Assembly (NCBI GenBank): GCA_024236495.1
Contig: JACKKJ010000004.1
Coordinates: 201,783-265,782 of the forward strand
Length of the DNA stretch: 64,000 nt
Direction: 5' to 3'
Source: Paracoccaceae bacterium
Lineage (GTDB): Bacteria; Pseudomonadota; Alphaproteobacteria; Rhodobacterales; Rhodobacteraceae
Shown here: piece by piece, positions 50,014-60,932 of the stretch
How the letters are laid out: each line of letters starts with the position of its first letter
How positions within the stretch are numbered: the first letter of the stretch is position 1
Position numbers and translations under genes: made by a program
Notes under the pieces: generated by a model
Database searches by the model: none
Told to the model about the DNA's origin: nothing
Seen by the model: only the letters and a program-made list of their open reading frames with translations

Positions 50014-50079
50014 GGGCGCAGGTTGCGGCGCCGCGCGCGCCGCGCTATCCCGGCCGGAACGAAAGGGCGGCGAACGATC

Positions 50080-50823
50080 ATGGCCAACACACCTTCAGGC
50101 AAATCCTCGGGCCGCGGGCAGCGCGACCTGCGCGTGCGGGTCAAGACCGCCAAGGGCCGCAAGCTGTCCTCGACATTGTGGCTGGAACGCCAGTTGAACG
50201 ATCCCTATGTGCAGCGCGCCAGGAAGGAAGGCTTCCGCGGGCGCGCGGCCTACAAGATCCTGGAACTTGACGACAAGTACCGGTTCCTGGTGCCCGGCGC
50301 GCGGGTCGTCGACCTGGGCTGTGCCCCCGGTGGCTGGTGCCAGGTCGCCGTGCAGCGCGTCAATGCGCTGGGGGAAAAGTCCGGCAAGCGGGTCGGGCGG
50401 GTCATCGGGATCGACCTGCAGGAGGTCGAGCCGATCGCCGGGGCGGAGATCCACCAGCTCGATTTCCTGTCGGACGGTGCCGACGACAAGGTCAAGGCCT
50501 GGCTGGGCGGCCGCGCCGACGTGGTGATGAGCGACATGGCCGCCTCTGCCTCGGGCCACAAGGGCACCGATCACCTGCGCATCATGGCGCTTTGCGAGGC
50601 TGCGGCGGAACTGGCCTTCGACGTGCTGGAAGAGGGGGGCACCTTCGTTGCCAAGGTGCTGGCGGGCGGGGCGGAGGCAGAGCTTCAGGCGATGCTGAAG
50701 CGCGCCTTTACCAAGGTCGCGAACGTGAAGCCGCCCGCAAGCCGTGCGGACAGTTCCGAGAAGTTCGTCGTCGCGACCGGGTTCAGGGGTCGCGACGGGC
50801 AGGGCGTGACCAGCGAGGGCTGA
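50080..50823 (+). CDS. rlmE: 23S rRNA Um2552 methyltransferase (FtsJ)
   Basis: [28 protein letters not shown]. Confidence 0.95.
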   Translation: MANTPSGKSSGRGQRDLRVRVKTAKGRKLSSTLWLERQLNDPYVQRARKEGFRGRAAYKILELDDKYRFLVPGARVVDLGCAPGGWCQVAVQRVNALGEKSGKRVGRVIGIDLQEVEPIAGAEIHQLDFLSDGADDKVKAWLGGRADVVMSDMAASASGHKGTDHLRIMALCEAAAELAFDVLEEGGTFVAKVLAGGAEAELQAMLKRAFTKVANVKPPASRADSSEKFVVATGFRGRDGQGVTSEG

Positions 50824-50839
50824 CCCCCGCGGCGCCTAT

Positions 50840-51349
50840 TCAGGGCGCGGTCGGGATCAGCAATCCCTCGACGCTGATCGTCGCGGGCGCGCCGCAGTGG
50901 AACAGGTAGTAGGTCAGTTCGTAGCTCGGGCGGCGCAGGACGCCGGGACGGCCCAGAAGATCGCGCGCGCGGCGAAACTCCGGCGCGGCCGGATTGGCCG
51001 AGGTCGACAGCATCTGGTGCGGCGACACGACAAGGTCGTTGCGCGGCCGGCCGGGGCCAAAGCAGTTTGCCGGAATGACGATCGGCGCGGCGTCGGGGCA
51101 ACTGACCAGGAAATCCTCGTCCAGGTGCATCTTGTCGGTCGCGGTCACCCGCACATAGGTGCCCGTGGCGCTGCGGACCGGGTCGTTGGCGCGCAGCCCC
51201 TGCACCGGCATTTCGCCAAACGAGGTCGAGACGCGCATGTCCCAGCACAGGCCGGGCAATGTCCATTCGGTGGTGCGCTGCCGCGCCCAGCGGGTGCGGG
51301 GAAAGTCGCGGGTAAGGTCGGTCTGGAGGTAGTCGGTCTGGCTCTGCAT
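50840..51349 (-). CDS. Stand-alone Hint (BIL/Hint_2-like) domain protein, degenerate
   Basis: T.FGEMPVQ.L...D.V, APIVIPANCFG.GRP.NDLVVSPHQ, TYY..H pattern. Confidence 0.75.
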   Translation of the reverse strand: MQSQTDYLQTDLTRDFPRTRWARQRTTEWTLPGLCWDMRVSTSFGEMPVQGLRANDPVRSATGTYVRVTATDKMHLDEDFLVSCPDAAPIVIPANCFGPGRPRNDLVVSPHQMLSTSANPAAPEFRRARDLLGRPGVLRRPSYELTYYLFHCGAPATISVEGLLIPTAP

Positions 51350-52100
51350 CGATCATCCGATCTTGTTGCAGTGCCGTTACCCACGAGGCATGCCGGGGCG
51401 GAGCAGATTTCGGCCCCGGCACACCTCACCGTGGTATCAACGTGCCGACCCCGGTCGGCGTTACTCGTTAATCGAACAGCACTGGTACATCGTCACTGGT
51501 TACTTGGATTTGCCGAAGGTGGAGCATCCGGCGCTTCCATGCTTAGACAAGACACCAAAAATCTGGCCGCGTTAAGGCGTTTTTTACTGACTGGCCTACT
51601 TCTGGCCCGGGTTGCGGCGGTGGCCGCCGGGAGCCTGCAGCAGGCCCCGAAACAAAGATCGCGAGGTTGTTGTCCTTTGGTTAGTTTTGCCAAGATGCCT
51701 TGCGGTTATTGTCGCTGCATCGCAATCAATTGGGGGGAGGGGGAAAATGCATCGGTCTTTCGCCCCTGCCATTTTCTCGTCTGTTCCGGTCGAAACAATG
51801 GGGCTTTCTTCCCTCGAATTCGCGAAAAAACGCGTTCTATCCACAAATGGTTGTGTGAAAACACGATTCGCTTCGCTGAAAACGGCGAAAATGAGGCGTT
51901 AATGGTCTCACAACGTCGGCGGCCGGACTGTGCAGTGCGAATCGTCACTGGCCGGTTCAAGCGCGGCAGGGGCGACAATCGGCGCCAACCTGAATGACCC
52001 GCGCCAGGCGGCAAGAACGGCATCGCCGTGCTGATCCGGCAACGGCATGCCCACCGACCCGCGATGCCCCGGTCGCGTCCCGGAACCGCGGGCGTGCGCC

Positions 52101-52949
52101 TCAGATCGATACACGGTGTTCGGCCAGTCCCGCGATGGTCTGGACCGCGCTGTAGACGACGCCATCGCCGGGTTGCGGATCGCTCAGCCCCTCGCGTGCC
52201 GTCGTCACGAAGAGGTCGCGCAAACCGGCCCCCCCGAAGGCGGGACACGAACTGTGCCGGCCGCCCACGGGTACGACACGGTCAAGCGTCCCGTCGGGCA
52301 GGTAGCGCGCGACCCGGCCCGCGCCCCATTGCGCGTTCCACAGCGCGCCTTCTGCATCGACGACCGATCCGTCGGGGTTCAGGCCTTCCGCGTTCAGGTC
52401 GACAAAGACCGCCGGGGCGCCGGTGGGCCATCCGGCCGCGTCAAGCGGTTGCCGCAGGATCTGGCGTCTGGGCGTGTCGGCGAAATAGGCGGTTCGCCCA
52501 TCCGGCGCGAAGCAGATCGAATTCGGGATCGTTATCGCGTCAAAGAGCTTCACGATCCGGCCCTCATGCATGCGGTAGATCGCGCCGGCCCCGTCCTGCG
52601 CCCGCTTCCCCATGGTTCCGATCCAGAACCCGCCAAAGGGATCGGCGCGTCCGTCGTTGGAACGCGTTTCGGGGTTCTCCGCCTCAAGCGGGTGCAGCAG
52701 GGATCTTGCGCCGGTCGCGATCCCGAACCGGTAAAGACCGGTTTCCGAGGCGATCAGCAGCGTGTCGCGGTCGATCCAGCCGGCGGCAGAGACATGTTCG
52801 TCGAAGCGCCATTCCTGCGTGCGATCCGCCGCGCGTGTCAGAAGCCGCCTGCCCAGAATGTCGAACCAGAAAAGCTGCCCGCGTTCGGGATGCCAGAACG
52901 GACCTTCGCCCAGTTCGCAGATCCGTTCGTCGTAGACCGCTGCCTGCAT
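52101..52949 (-). CDS. SMP-30/gluconolactonase family sugar lactonase (arabinolactonase)
   Basis: LGEGPFW, RSNDGRADP, PNSICF, PDG, CPAFGG. Confidence 0.88.
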   Translation of the reverse strand: MQAAVYDERICELGEGPFWHPERGQLFWFDILGRRLLTRAADRTQEWRFDEHVSAAGWIDRDTLLIASETGLYRFGIATGARSLLHPLEAENPETRSNDGRADPFGGFWIGTMGKRAQDGAGAIYRMHEGRIVKLFDAITIPNSICFAPDGRTAYFADTPRRQILRQPLDAAGWPTGAPAVFVDLNAEGLNPDGSVVDAEGALWNAQWGAGRVARYLPDGTLDRVVPVGGRHSSCPAFGGAGLRDLFVTTAREGLSDPQPGDGVVYSAVQTIAGLAEHRVSI

Positions 52950-53018
52950 CTGCAAAGCCCCCAATGCTGTGTCGCCGCGTGCCCTACATGCCCGGCGCGT
53001 TTCATCCGCAATCTGCCG

Positions 53019-54548
53019 TCATCCCCTCAGGTCGTCCGGCAGCAGGGCGTCGGGCAGGTTCTGATAGCAGACCGGCCTGAGGAACCTGCGGATCGACAGG
53101 GTTCCGACGCTGGTCGCGCCGAAGTTGGTCGAGGCGGGATAGGGGCCGCCGTGGACCATTGCATCGCAGACCTCGACCCCGGTCGGGAAGCCGTTGGCAA
53201 GCACCCGGCCCGCCTTGCGCTCCAGCACCGGCATCAGGTCTTGGGCAAGCGCGGTGTCGGCCGCGTCCAGATGCAGGGTGCAGGTCAGCTGGCCCCGAAG
53301 GCTGCGCGCCACCGCCATCATCTCGGCCGCGTCCTTCACCCGCACGATCAGGCCAAGGGGGCCGAAGACCTCCTCTCCCAGGGCGTGATTGGCCAGCCAT
53401 TCCGCGCCGGTCGTGGCGAAGAGATAGGGGGTCGCGTTCCTGAGGTCGCACATCGAGGTCAGCACCGCCTGGACGCCGGCGCTGGCGGCGATGCGGTCGC
53501 GGCCCGTGCGGTAGGCGGCGGCGATACCGTCGGTCAGCATCACCTGCGCGCCGACAGGCTCCAGCGCGGCGGTCGCGGCCGTGGTGAAAGCGTCGGCCTC
53601 GGGCCCGTCGATCAGGACGGCAATGCCCGGATTGGTGCAGAACTGGCCCGCGCCCATGGTCAGGCTTCCCGCCCAGCCCTTCGCGATCTCGGCCCCCCGT
53701 GCGGACAGGGCGGCGGGCAGAAGGAACATCGGGTTCACCGACCCAAGCTCGCCAAAGAAGGGGATTGGCTCGGGCCGGGCGCAGCAGCGGTCGAACAGGG
53801 CCCGTCCGCCGGCGAGCGAGCCGGTGAAGCCCACCGCCTTGATGACGGGGTGCTCGACCAGCGCGGTGCCCACGTCGCGCCGGCCGCCCTGGATCAACGA
53901 GAAGACGCCCGGATGCACGCCGCATGTCGCGATGGCCGCGTGGATCGCCTCGGCGATGATCTCGGCGGTGCCGGGATGGGCCGAATGACCCTTGACCACG
54001 ACCGGGCAGCCGGCGGCCAGCGCCGCGGCGGTGTCGCCCCCCGCGGTGGAGAAGGCCAAGGGGAAGTTCGACGCGCCGAAGACCGCCACCGGGCCGATCG
54101 GGCGTTCGACAAGCTTGATGTCCGGGCGCGGCAGCGGCTGGCGGTCGGGCAGAGCCGGGTCATGGCGGCGGTCCAGATAGTCGCCCTTCAGGATATGGGT
54201 CGCAAAAAGCCTTAGCTGCCCCGTCGTGCGCCCGCGTTCCCCCTGAAGCCGCGCGGCTGGAAGACCGGTTTCCTGACAGCCGATTGCGGTGATCTGATCG
54301 GCGCGCGCCTCTATTTCATCGGCGATGGCATTGAGGAACGCCGCGCGTGTCGCGCGGGGCGTGTAGCCCCAGGACCAGAAGGCCTCCTCTGCCGCCGCGC
54401 AGGCCCTGTCCACCAGCGCCACCGTGCCGACGCTGAACGCATGCGCGGGCCCTTGCGCCGGCTCGGATGCAAACGTCGCGCCGCCGCCGATCCAATCGCC
54501 GGCAATCAGATGGCGCCCGTGCGGGGTGTAGGTCATGGCTTCGGTCAT
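53019..54548 (-). CDS. Alpha-ketoglutaric semialdehyde dehydrogenase
   Basis: VFGASNFPLAFSTAGGDTA, GFTGS, ELGSVNP, GQFCTNPG, HGGPYPAS. Confidence 0.9.
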   Translation of the reverse strand: MTEAMTYTPHGRHLIAGDWIGGGATFASEPAQGPAHAFSVGTVALVDRACAAAEEAFWSWGYTPRATRAAFLNAIADEIEARADQITAIGCQETGLPAARLQGERGRTTGQLRLFATHILKGDYLDRRHDPALPDRQPLPRPDIKLVERPIGPVAVFGASNFPLAFSTAGGDTAAALAAGCPVVVKGHSAHPGTAEIIAEAIHAAIATCGVHPGVFSLIQGGRRDVGTALVEHPVIKAVGFTGSLAGGRALFDRCCARPEPIPFFGELGSVNPMFLLPAALSARGAEIAKGWAGSLTMGAGQFCTNPGIAVLIDGPEADAFTTAATAALEPVGAQVMLTDGIAAAYRTGRDRIAASAGVQAVLTSMCDLRNATPYLFATTGAEWLANHALGEEVFGPLGLIVRVKDAAEMMAVARSLRGQLTCTLHLDAADTALAQDLMPVLERKAGRVLANGFPTGVEVCDAMVHGGPYPASTNFGATSVGTLSIRRFLRPVCYQNLPDALLPDDLRG

Positions 54549-54562
54549 GGTCCGGTCCTTCC

Positions 54563-55480
54563 TCATTTGCCCCAGGTCAGCGCGACCAGGTCAAGTTCCC
54601 CCGCCAGTTGCAGGAGCCGGGCCTTCGTTCGTTCGCCAAGCGGTTTCAGCGGGTGGCGGACATGATCGCTGCCGATCACGCCGCCCGCGGCAAAGACCGT
54701 CTTGCAGGCCCTGAGGCCGCATTGGCGGTTTTCGTGGTTGATCAGGGGCAGGCACAGCTTCCACCGGGCCAGCGCCGCGTCAAGGTTCCCCGCCCGGTAG
54801 TCGGTCACGATCGGCCGGATCTTTTCGGGGAAAAGCCCCGAGGTCATGGTGCCCGTCGCGCCCGCGTCAAGGTCGGCCAGGAGCGTCACGGCCTCCTCTC
54901 CGTCGAAGGGGCCGACGATGTGGTCGCCGCCGGCCTCGATCAGGGCGGCCAGCTTGTCGGCGGCAAAGGGTGTCTCGATCTTGAAATAGCTTACGTTCTC
55001 GATCTCGCGGGCCATCCGGACAAGCAGCGGCACCGACAATGTGACACCCGAGAGCGGCGCGTCCTGCACCATGATCGGGATCGATATGGCATCGCTGACC
55101 GCCTGGAAGTGTTCGATGATCCCTGCCTCGCCCGGAACCAGGCCGACGCCGTGATAGGGCGGCATCATCATCACCATCGCGGCGCCAAGCGCCTGTGCCG
55201 ACCTGGCGCGGGCGACCGCGATGGCGGTGGAGAAATGGCTGATGGTCACGATCACCGGAACCCGGCCGGCGACATGCTCAAGGCAGATGCGCGTCAACAG
55301 CGCGCGTTCCTCGTCCGACAGGACGAACTGTTCGGAATAGTTGGCGAGGATGCAGATCGCATCGACGCCCTGGTCGATCATGCAGTCGAGGACGCGGCGC
55401 ATCCCGTCCTCGTCCACGCGTCCGTCGGAATGGAAAGGCGTGGGCGCGACCGGCAGGATGCCGTTCAGGGGCTGTTTCAT
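54563..55480 (-). CDS. 2-keto-3-deoxy-L-arabinonate dehydratase (DHDPS family)
   Basis: PVAPTPF, CILANYSEQF, MVQDAP, YFKIE, FDGEE, ENRQCGL. Confidence 0.85.
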   Translation of the reverse strand: MKQPLNGILPVAPTPFHSDGRVDEDGMRRVLDCMIDQGVDAICILANYSEQFVLSDEERALLTRICLEHVAGRVPVIVTISHFSTAIAVARARSAQALGAAMVMMMPPYHGVGLVPGEAGIIEHFQAVSDAISIPIMVQDAPLSGVTLSVPLLVRMAREIENVSYFKIETPFAADKLAALIEAGGDHIVGPFDGEEAVTLLADLDAGATGTMTSGLFPEKIRPIVTDYRAGNLDAALARWKLCLPLINHENRQCGLRACKTVFAAGGVIGSDHVRHPLKPLGERTKARLLQLAGELDLVALTWGK

Positions 55481-55497
55481 GATCTGTCCTTTCGGGT

Positions 55498-56427
55498 TTA
55501 CCAGTCGAAGGGCGCGACCGTGATCCGCCGGCCGATCGTGAAGGCGTCCGCGACATGGCGCATCGGCGACAGGTCCATGTCGATGCCACCGCCGGCGACA
55601 AGCTGCGCCATCTTCGCGTAAAGCCGGGGGTATTCACCGGCCAGCGGCGCGTCATCGCCGTCCGGGGGCGCCATGCCGTCGATGGAGAGCGTCGCGCCGC
55701 CGTCGGTCAGCACCAGCGTGCCGGCATCGGTCACGGCCTCGATGGTCCAGGTCTGGTCGCCCGTCTGTCGCCAGTCGAAAACGGCCTCCATCTCCGCGCC
55801 ATGGGGATGGAAGAAGCGCAGCGCGGCGGCGATCGGCGTTTGCCGGTTCGCGGGGAACTCCAGCGTCGCCGAGGTCAGGTGGACGGGGTCGGGCAGGATC
55901 GCGGTCACGATGGACAGCGCATTGATGCCGGGGTCGAAGACGCCGATTCCGCCCGGTTCCCAGATCCAGTCCTGGCCGGGATGCCAGCGACGGACGTCTT
56001 CCTTCCAGGTCACGCGGAAGCGCCGGATCGTCCTGTCGGCAAGCCAGGCCTTCGCCGCAGCGACCTTGCCCGCCTCGCGCGAATGCCAGGTCGCGTAAAG
56101 CGAGACACGGTGGTCACGGGCCAGCGCCGCGAGCGTGTGGCATTCCGAAAGCGTCGCGCCGGGCGGCTTTTCCAGCATCACATGGCGTCCGGCACGAAGC
56201 GCCTTCGCGGCATAGGCGAAACGCGGCACCGGCGGCAGGCAAAGCGAAACCACCCGGATGTCGGGCCGCGCGGCAAGCATCGCGTCGAAATCGTCGAAAG
56301 CCTCGACCCCCTCGACCGTGCCGTGGCGCGAGACCGTCGCGGCCAGTTCCCAGTCCGCCGAGGCGGCAATCGCCGGGACATGCTGATCCAGGGCGATCTT
56401 GCCGATGCCGACGAGAGCGATCTCCAT
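55498..56427 (-). CDS. L-arabinose/D-galactose 1-dehydrogenase (Gfo/Idh/MocA)
   Basis: GIGKIA, EKPPG, WKEDVRRWHPGQ, DPGINALS. Confidence 0.88.
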   Translation of the reverse strand: MEIALVGIGKIALDQHVPAIAASADWELAATVSRHGTVEGVEAFDDFDAMLAARPDIRVVSLCLPPVPRFAYAAKALRAGRHVMLEKPPGATLSECHTLAALARDHRVSLYATWHSREAGKVAAAKAWLADRTIRRFRVTWKEDVRRWHPGQDWIWEPGGIGVFDPGINALSIVTAILPDPVHLTSATLEFPANRQTPIAAALRFFHPHGAEMEAVFDWRQTGDQTWTIEAVTDAGTLVLTDGGATLSIDGMAPPDGDDAPLAGEYPRLYAKMAQLVAGGGIDMDLSPMRHVADAFTIGRRITVAPFDW

Positions 56428-58169
56428 CAATGCGAATCCTTTCCGACCGGCGCGCCGCGGCACCCCTTCAGAAAGTCCAGGTCGGCGCCGGTGTCGGCGC
56501 CCTCCACATGGGCCTGGTGCAGCCAGGCATAGCCGCTTTCGGGCCGCTCGTGGCCGGGTGTCCAGCCGGCGAGGCGTGCGGCCAGTTCCGCTTCGGAAAC
56601 GTCGAGGTGAAGGCGCCGGTTCGGCACGTCCAGCTCGATCATGTCGCCGTCGCGCACGACCGCCAATGGCCCGCCGGCCGCCGCCTCGGGCGCGGTGTGC
56701 AGCACGACCGTGCCATAGGCGGTCCCCGACATCCGCGCGTCCGAGATGCGGACCATGTCGGTGACGCCCTTTTTCAGGATCTTCGCGGGCAGACCCATGT
56801 TGCCGACCTCGGCCATGCCCGGATAGCCCTTCGGCCCGCAGTTCTTCAGGACCATCACGCAGGTCTCGTCGATATCCAGGTCGGGATCGTCGATCCTGGC
56901 CTTGTAGTGGTCGATATCCTCGAAGACGACGGCGCGTCCGCGGTGGGTCAGGAGGTGCTCGGACGCCGCCGAGGGTTTCAGCACCGCCCCCAACGGCGCG
57001 AGATTGCCCCTGAGCACGGCGATGCCACCCTGCCGGGTCAGCGCCTTGTCGAGCGGCAGGATCACGTCCTCGTTGTGGTTGACGACGTCGCGGACCTCGT
57101 CCCAGACCGACTGCCCCGAGACGGTCAGCGCGTCCTTGTGCAACTGCCCGCCTTCGCCAAGGCGCTTCAGCACGACGGGCAGCCCGCCGGCATAGAAGAA
57201 CTCCTCCATCAGGTACTTGCCGGAGGGCATCAGGTTGACGATGGTCGCCACATCGCGCCCGCAGCGGTCCCAGTCGTCAAGGGTCAGGTCCAGGCCGACA
57301 CGGCCCGCGATGGCCAGAAGATGGATCACCGCATTGGTCGATCCGCCGATGGCGCCGTTCGTGCGGATCGCATTCTCGAACGCCTTTTTCGTCAGGATAT
57401 CAGAAGGTTTCAGGTCGTCCTTCACCATCTGAACGATGCGGCGGCCCGAAAGCTGCGCCATCACCCGGCGGCGCGAATCCACGGCCGGGATCGCGGCATT
57501 GCCCGACAGCGCCATGCCAAGCGCCTCGGCCATCGATGCCATGGTGGAGGCGGTGCCCATGGTGTTGCAGCTGCCCGAGGAGCGGGACATGGACTGTTCG
57601 GCCTCAAGGAACTCTGCCTGCGTCATCTCGCCGGCCTTCACGGCTTCGGAGAATTTCCACAGATGCGTTCCCGAACCCACGCGTTCGCCCCGGAAATAGC
57701 CGTTCAGCATCGGCCCGCCGGTCACGATGATCGACGGCAGGTCGGTCGAGGCGGCGGCCATGAGAAGCGAGGGCGTGGTCTTGTCGCAGCCGACAAGCAG
57801 GACCGCGCCGTCGATCGGCTGGCCGCGCATCTGTTCCTCGATGGCGAGTGCCGCGAGGTTGCGAAACATCATGGCGGTCGGACGAAAGGTGTTTTCGCTG
57901 GCCGAGAAGACCGGCACCTCGACCGGGAATCCCCCGGCCTCCCAGACACCGGCCTTCACCTTCTCGGCCAGTTCACGCAGATGGCCGTTGCAGGGCGTCA
58001 GGTCGGACCAGGTGTTCAGGATGCCGATGACGGGCCGTCCATCAAAAAGATCATGGGGATAGCCCTGGTTCTTCATCCAGCCGCGGTGATAGATCGCGTC
58101 GCGCGACGTGCCGCCGTACCATTCCTGGCTGCGCAGCTTGCGGGGCCATGTAGCGGGTTTGAAGGTCAT
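56427..58169 (-). CDS. L-arabinonate dehydratase (IlvD/Edd family)
   Basis: SDLTPCNGH, GCDKTTP, CNTMGTASTM, SDARMSGTAYG. Confidence 0.9.
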   Translation of the reverse strand: MTFKPATWPRKLRSQEWYGGTSRDAIYHRGWMKNQGYPHDLFDGRPVIGILNTWSDLTPCNGHLRELAEKVKAGVWEAGGFPVEVPVFSASENTFRPTAMMFRNLAALAIEEQMRGQPIDGAVLLVGCDKTTPSLLMAAASTDLPSIIVTGGPMLNGYFRGERVGSGTHLWKFSEAVKAGEMTQAEFLEAEQSMSRSSGSCNTMGTASTMASMAEALGMALSGNAAIPAVDSRRRVMAQLSGRRIVQMVKDDLKPSDILTKKAFENAIRTNGAIGGSTNAVIHLLAIAGRVGLDLTLDDWDRCGRDVATIVNLMPSGKYLMEEFFYAGGLPVVLKRLGEGGQLHKDALTVSGQSVWDEVRDVVNHNEDVILPLDKALTRQGGIAVLRGNLAPLGAVLKPSAASEHLLTHRGRAVVFEDIDHYKARIDDPDLDIDETCVMVLKNCGPKGYPGMAEVGNMGLPAKILKKGVTDMVRISDARMSGTAYGTVVLHTAPEAAAGGPLAVVRDGDMIELDVPNRRLHLDVSEAELAARLAGWTPGHERPESGYAWLHQAHVEGADTGADLDFLKGCRGAPVGKDSH

Positions 58170-58174
58170 TTTCG

Positions 58175-59374
58175 TCAGCCCTGCTTGCTCTTGTTGTAGA
58201 CATCGAAGAACACGGCGGCGAGCAGCACCAGACCCTTGATCACCTGCTGGTAGTCGATGCCGATGCCCATGATCGACATGCCGTTGTTCATCACGCCCAT
58301 GATGAAGGCGCCGACGACCGCCCCGACGATCTTGCCGACACCGCCCGACATCGAGGCGCCGCCGATGAAGACCGCCGCGATCACGTCAAGCTCGACCGCG
58401 AAGCCGGCCTTCGGCGTCGCGGTGTTCAGCCGCGCGGCAAAGATCAGGCCCGCCAGCGCGGCGAGAAGCCCCATGTTGACGAAGGCCAGGAACGTCAGCC
58501 GTTCGGTCTTGATCCCCGAAAGCTTTGCGGCCTTCTGGTTGCCGCCAAGTGCGTAGATCCGCCGCCCGAGCGTCGTGTTCTCGGTGATGAAGGCATAGAC
58601 GACGGTCAGGACCACCATCGAGATGAGGACGTTCGGCAGGCCGCGGAAGGTCGCCAGCTTGTAGGCGATGAAGAGAAGCGCGCCCGCGACGACGACTGTG
58701 CGCGCCACGAAAAAGGCGGTCGGTTCGCTTTCGATTCCGTAGTGCCGGTTGCGCGCCCGTTCGCGCAGGCCAAGCCAGACGACAAGACCCGCCGCGATCA
58801 CGCCGGCGGCCAGCGCGGTCCCGTTCGGGCGGCCGATGCCGAGGACATCGGGAATGAAACCGGTCGACAGGAGCTGAAAGCTTTTCGGGAAGGGCCCGAC
58901 CGACTGCCCTTCGAGGAGCCACAGCGACATGCCACGGAACACCAGCATGCCCGCAAGCGTGACGATGAACGACGGGATCTTCCAATAGGCGACCCAGTAG
59001 CCCTGGGCGGCCCCGATCAGGATGCCGGTCAGGAGGCAGGCAAGCACCGCAAGGGGCATCGGCCAGCCCCATTCGACGATCATGACGGCGGCCAGCGCGC
59101 CGATGAAGCCCATGACCGAACCGACCGAGAGGTCGATGTTGCCCGACACGATGACCACCAGCATCCCGAGCGCCATGATGATGATGTAGCTGTTTTGCAG
59201 GAAGAGGTTGGTGATGTTGACGGGCTTCAGAAGCGTCCCGTCGGTCACGACCTGGAAGAACACCATGATCGCGATCAGCGCGAACAGGAGCCCGTATTCG
59301 CGCATGTGAGCCATCAGATAGGCACCGACGCCCTTGGGTGCGTCCGATTTGGCGCCGTGATCGGCCAGTTCCAT
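58175..59374 (-). CDS. gguB: Multiple-monosaccharide ABC permease (MmsB)
   Basis: IDLSVGS, PSFIVTLAGM, GRRIYALGGN..AAKLSGI, ELDVIAA. Confidence 0.88.
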   Translation of the reverse strand: MELADHGAKSDAPKGVGAYLMAHMREYGLLFALIAIMVFFQVVTDGTLLKPVNITNLFLQNSYIIIMALGMLVVIVSGNIDLSVGSVMGFIGALAAVMIVEWGWPMPLAVLACLLTGILIGAAQGYWVAYWKIPSFIVTLAGMLVFRGMSLWLLEGQSVGPFPKSFQLLSTGFIPDVLGIGRPNGTALAAGVIAAGLVVWLGLRERARNRHYGIESEPTAFFVARTVVVAGALLFIAYKLATFRGLPNVLISMVVLTVVYAFITENTTLGRRIYALGGNQKAAKLSGIKTERLTFLAFVNMGLLAALAGLIFAARLNTATPKAGFAVELDVIAAVFIGGASMSGGVGKIVGAVVGAFIMGVMNNGMSIMGIGIDYQQVIKGLVLLAAVFFDVYNKSKQG

Positions 59375-59386
59375 TGCGTTTCTCCC

Positions 59387-60907
59387 CTATTCCGTCACGA
59401 TGAGCGACATGATCCGCTCCTGGCTGGCCTCGTCGGCGCTCAGTTCCCCGACAAAGGCGCCCTCGCACATCACATAGATCCGGTCGCACATGCCCAGCAG
59501 TTCGGGCATCTCGGACGAGATCATGACGATGCCTTTTCCCTCGGCGCTCAGTTCGTTCATGATGTTGTAGATCTCGAATTTCGCGCCCACGTCGATCCCG
59601 CGCGTCGGTTCATCGAGGATCAGGACCTCCGGATCGGCAAAAAGCCATTTCGACAGGACAACCTTCTGCTGGTTGCCGCCCGAAAGGTTCATCACCTTCT
59701 GGAACACGTTCGGCGTCCGGATATTCATCGCCGAACGGAACCTTTCGGCCACGCGCGTCTCCTCGGCCTCGTTGATGACCGCGTGCGCGGACACCCGTGG
59801 CAGGTTCGCAAGCGTGATGTTGCGCTGGATGTTTTCTTCCAGGATCAGCCCGAGGCTCTTGCGGTCCTCGGTGACATAGGCAAGGCCCGCGCCGATCGCG
59901 CGGCTGACATCGCTGACATCGACCGGCTTGCCGTGCATTTCGACGGTGCCGGAAATGTGGCGCCCGTAGGATCGGCCGAACAGGCTCATGGCAAGTTCGG
60001 TCCGGCCCGACCCCATGAGGCCCGCGATGCCGACGATCTCTCCGGCGCGGACGGTCAGGCCGATGTCCCGGATGACCTGGCGCCCGGCATGTTCGGGATG
60101 CCAGACGTTCCAGTTCCGGACCTCCATCAGGGTCTTGCCGGCGCGCCGTTCGCGTTCGGGGTAGCGATGCGCCATGTCGCGGCCGACCATGTCGCGCACG
60201 ATCCGGTCCTCGGTGATCGTGTGTTCGCGTGCATCCAGCGTCGATACGGTGGTGCCGTCGCGGATCACGGTGATGGTGTCGGCGACGCGGCGCACCTCGT
60301 TCAGCTTGTGGCTGATGATGATCGAGGTCACGCCCTGCGCCTTGAGTTCCAGGATCAGGTCCAAAAGCGCCTGACTGTCGGCCTCCGACAACGCGGCGGT
60401 CGGTTCGTCGAGGATCAGGAGCCGCACTTCCTTGGACAGCGCCTTTGCGATCTCGACCAGTTGCTGCTTGCCCACGCCCAGGCTGTCGACAAGCGTCGTC
60501 GGCGCCTCCGACAGGCCGACCTTCTTCAGAAGCTCTTCGGTCCGTCGAAACGTCTCGGGCCAGTGGATGACGCCGCGCCTGGCCCGTTCGTTGCCCAGAA
60601 ACAGGTTTTCGGCAATCGACAGGAGCGGCACGAGCGCCAGTTCCTGATGGATGATGATGATGCCACGGGCCTCGCTGTCGGCAATGCTGTGAAACGCGGC
60701 AAGCGCGCCGTCATAGTGGATCTCGCCGTCGTAGCTGCCGGCGGGGTAGACGCCGGACAGGACCTTCATCAGGGTCGACTTGCCCGCGCCGTTTTCGCCG
60801 ACAAGCGCGTGAATCTCGCCTTCCCGCACCGAAAGGGTCACGGCGTCCAGAGCCTTGACGCCGGGGAAGGTCTTGGTGATGGATCGCATTTCCAGAAGCG
60901 GCTGCAT
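59387..60907 (-). CDS. gguA: Multiple-monosaccharide ABC ATPase (MmsA)
   Basis: [29 protein letters not shown]; tandem NBDs. Confidence 0.9.
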   Translation of the reverse strand: MQPLLEMRSITKTFPGVKALDAVTLSVREGEIHALVGENGAGKSTLMKVLSGVYPAGSYDGEIHYDGALAAFHSIADSEARGIIIIHQELALVPLLSIAENLFLGNERARRGVIHWPETFRRTEELLKKVGLSEAPTTLVDSLGVGKQQLVEIAKALSKEVRLLILDEPTAALSEADSQALLDLILELKAQGVTSIIISHKLNEVRRVADTITVIRDGTTVSTLDAREHTITEDRIVRDMVGRDMAHRYPERERRAGKTLMEVRNWNVWHPEHAGRQVIRDIGLTVRAGEIVGIAGLMGSGRTELAMSLFGRSYGRHISGTVEMHGKPVDVSDVSRAIGAGLAYVTEDRKSLGLILEENIQRNITLANLPRVSAHAVINEAEETRVAERFRSAMNIRTPNVFQKVMNLSGGNQQKVVLSKWLFADPEVLILDEPTRGIDVGAKFEIYNIMNELSAEGKGIVMISSEMPELLGMCDRIYVMCEGAFVGELSADEASQERIMSLIVTE

Positions 60908-60932
60908 TCTGGCCTCCTCCGCCTGGCTGTCG

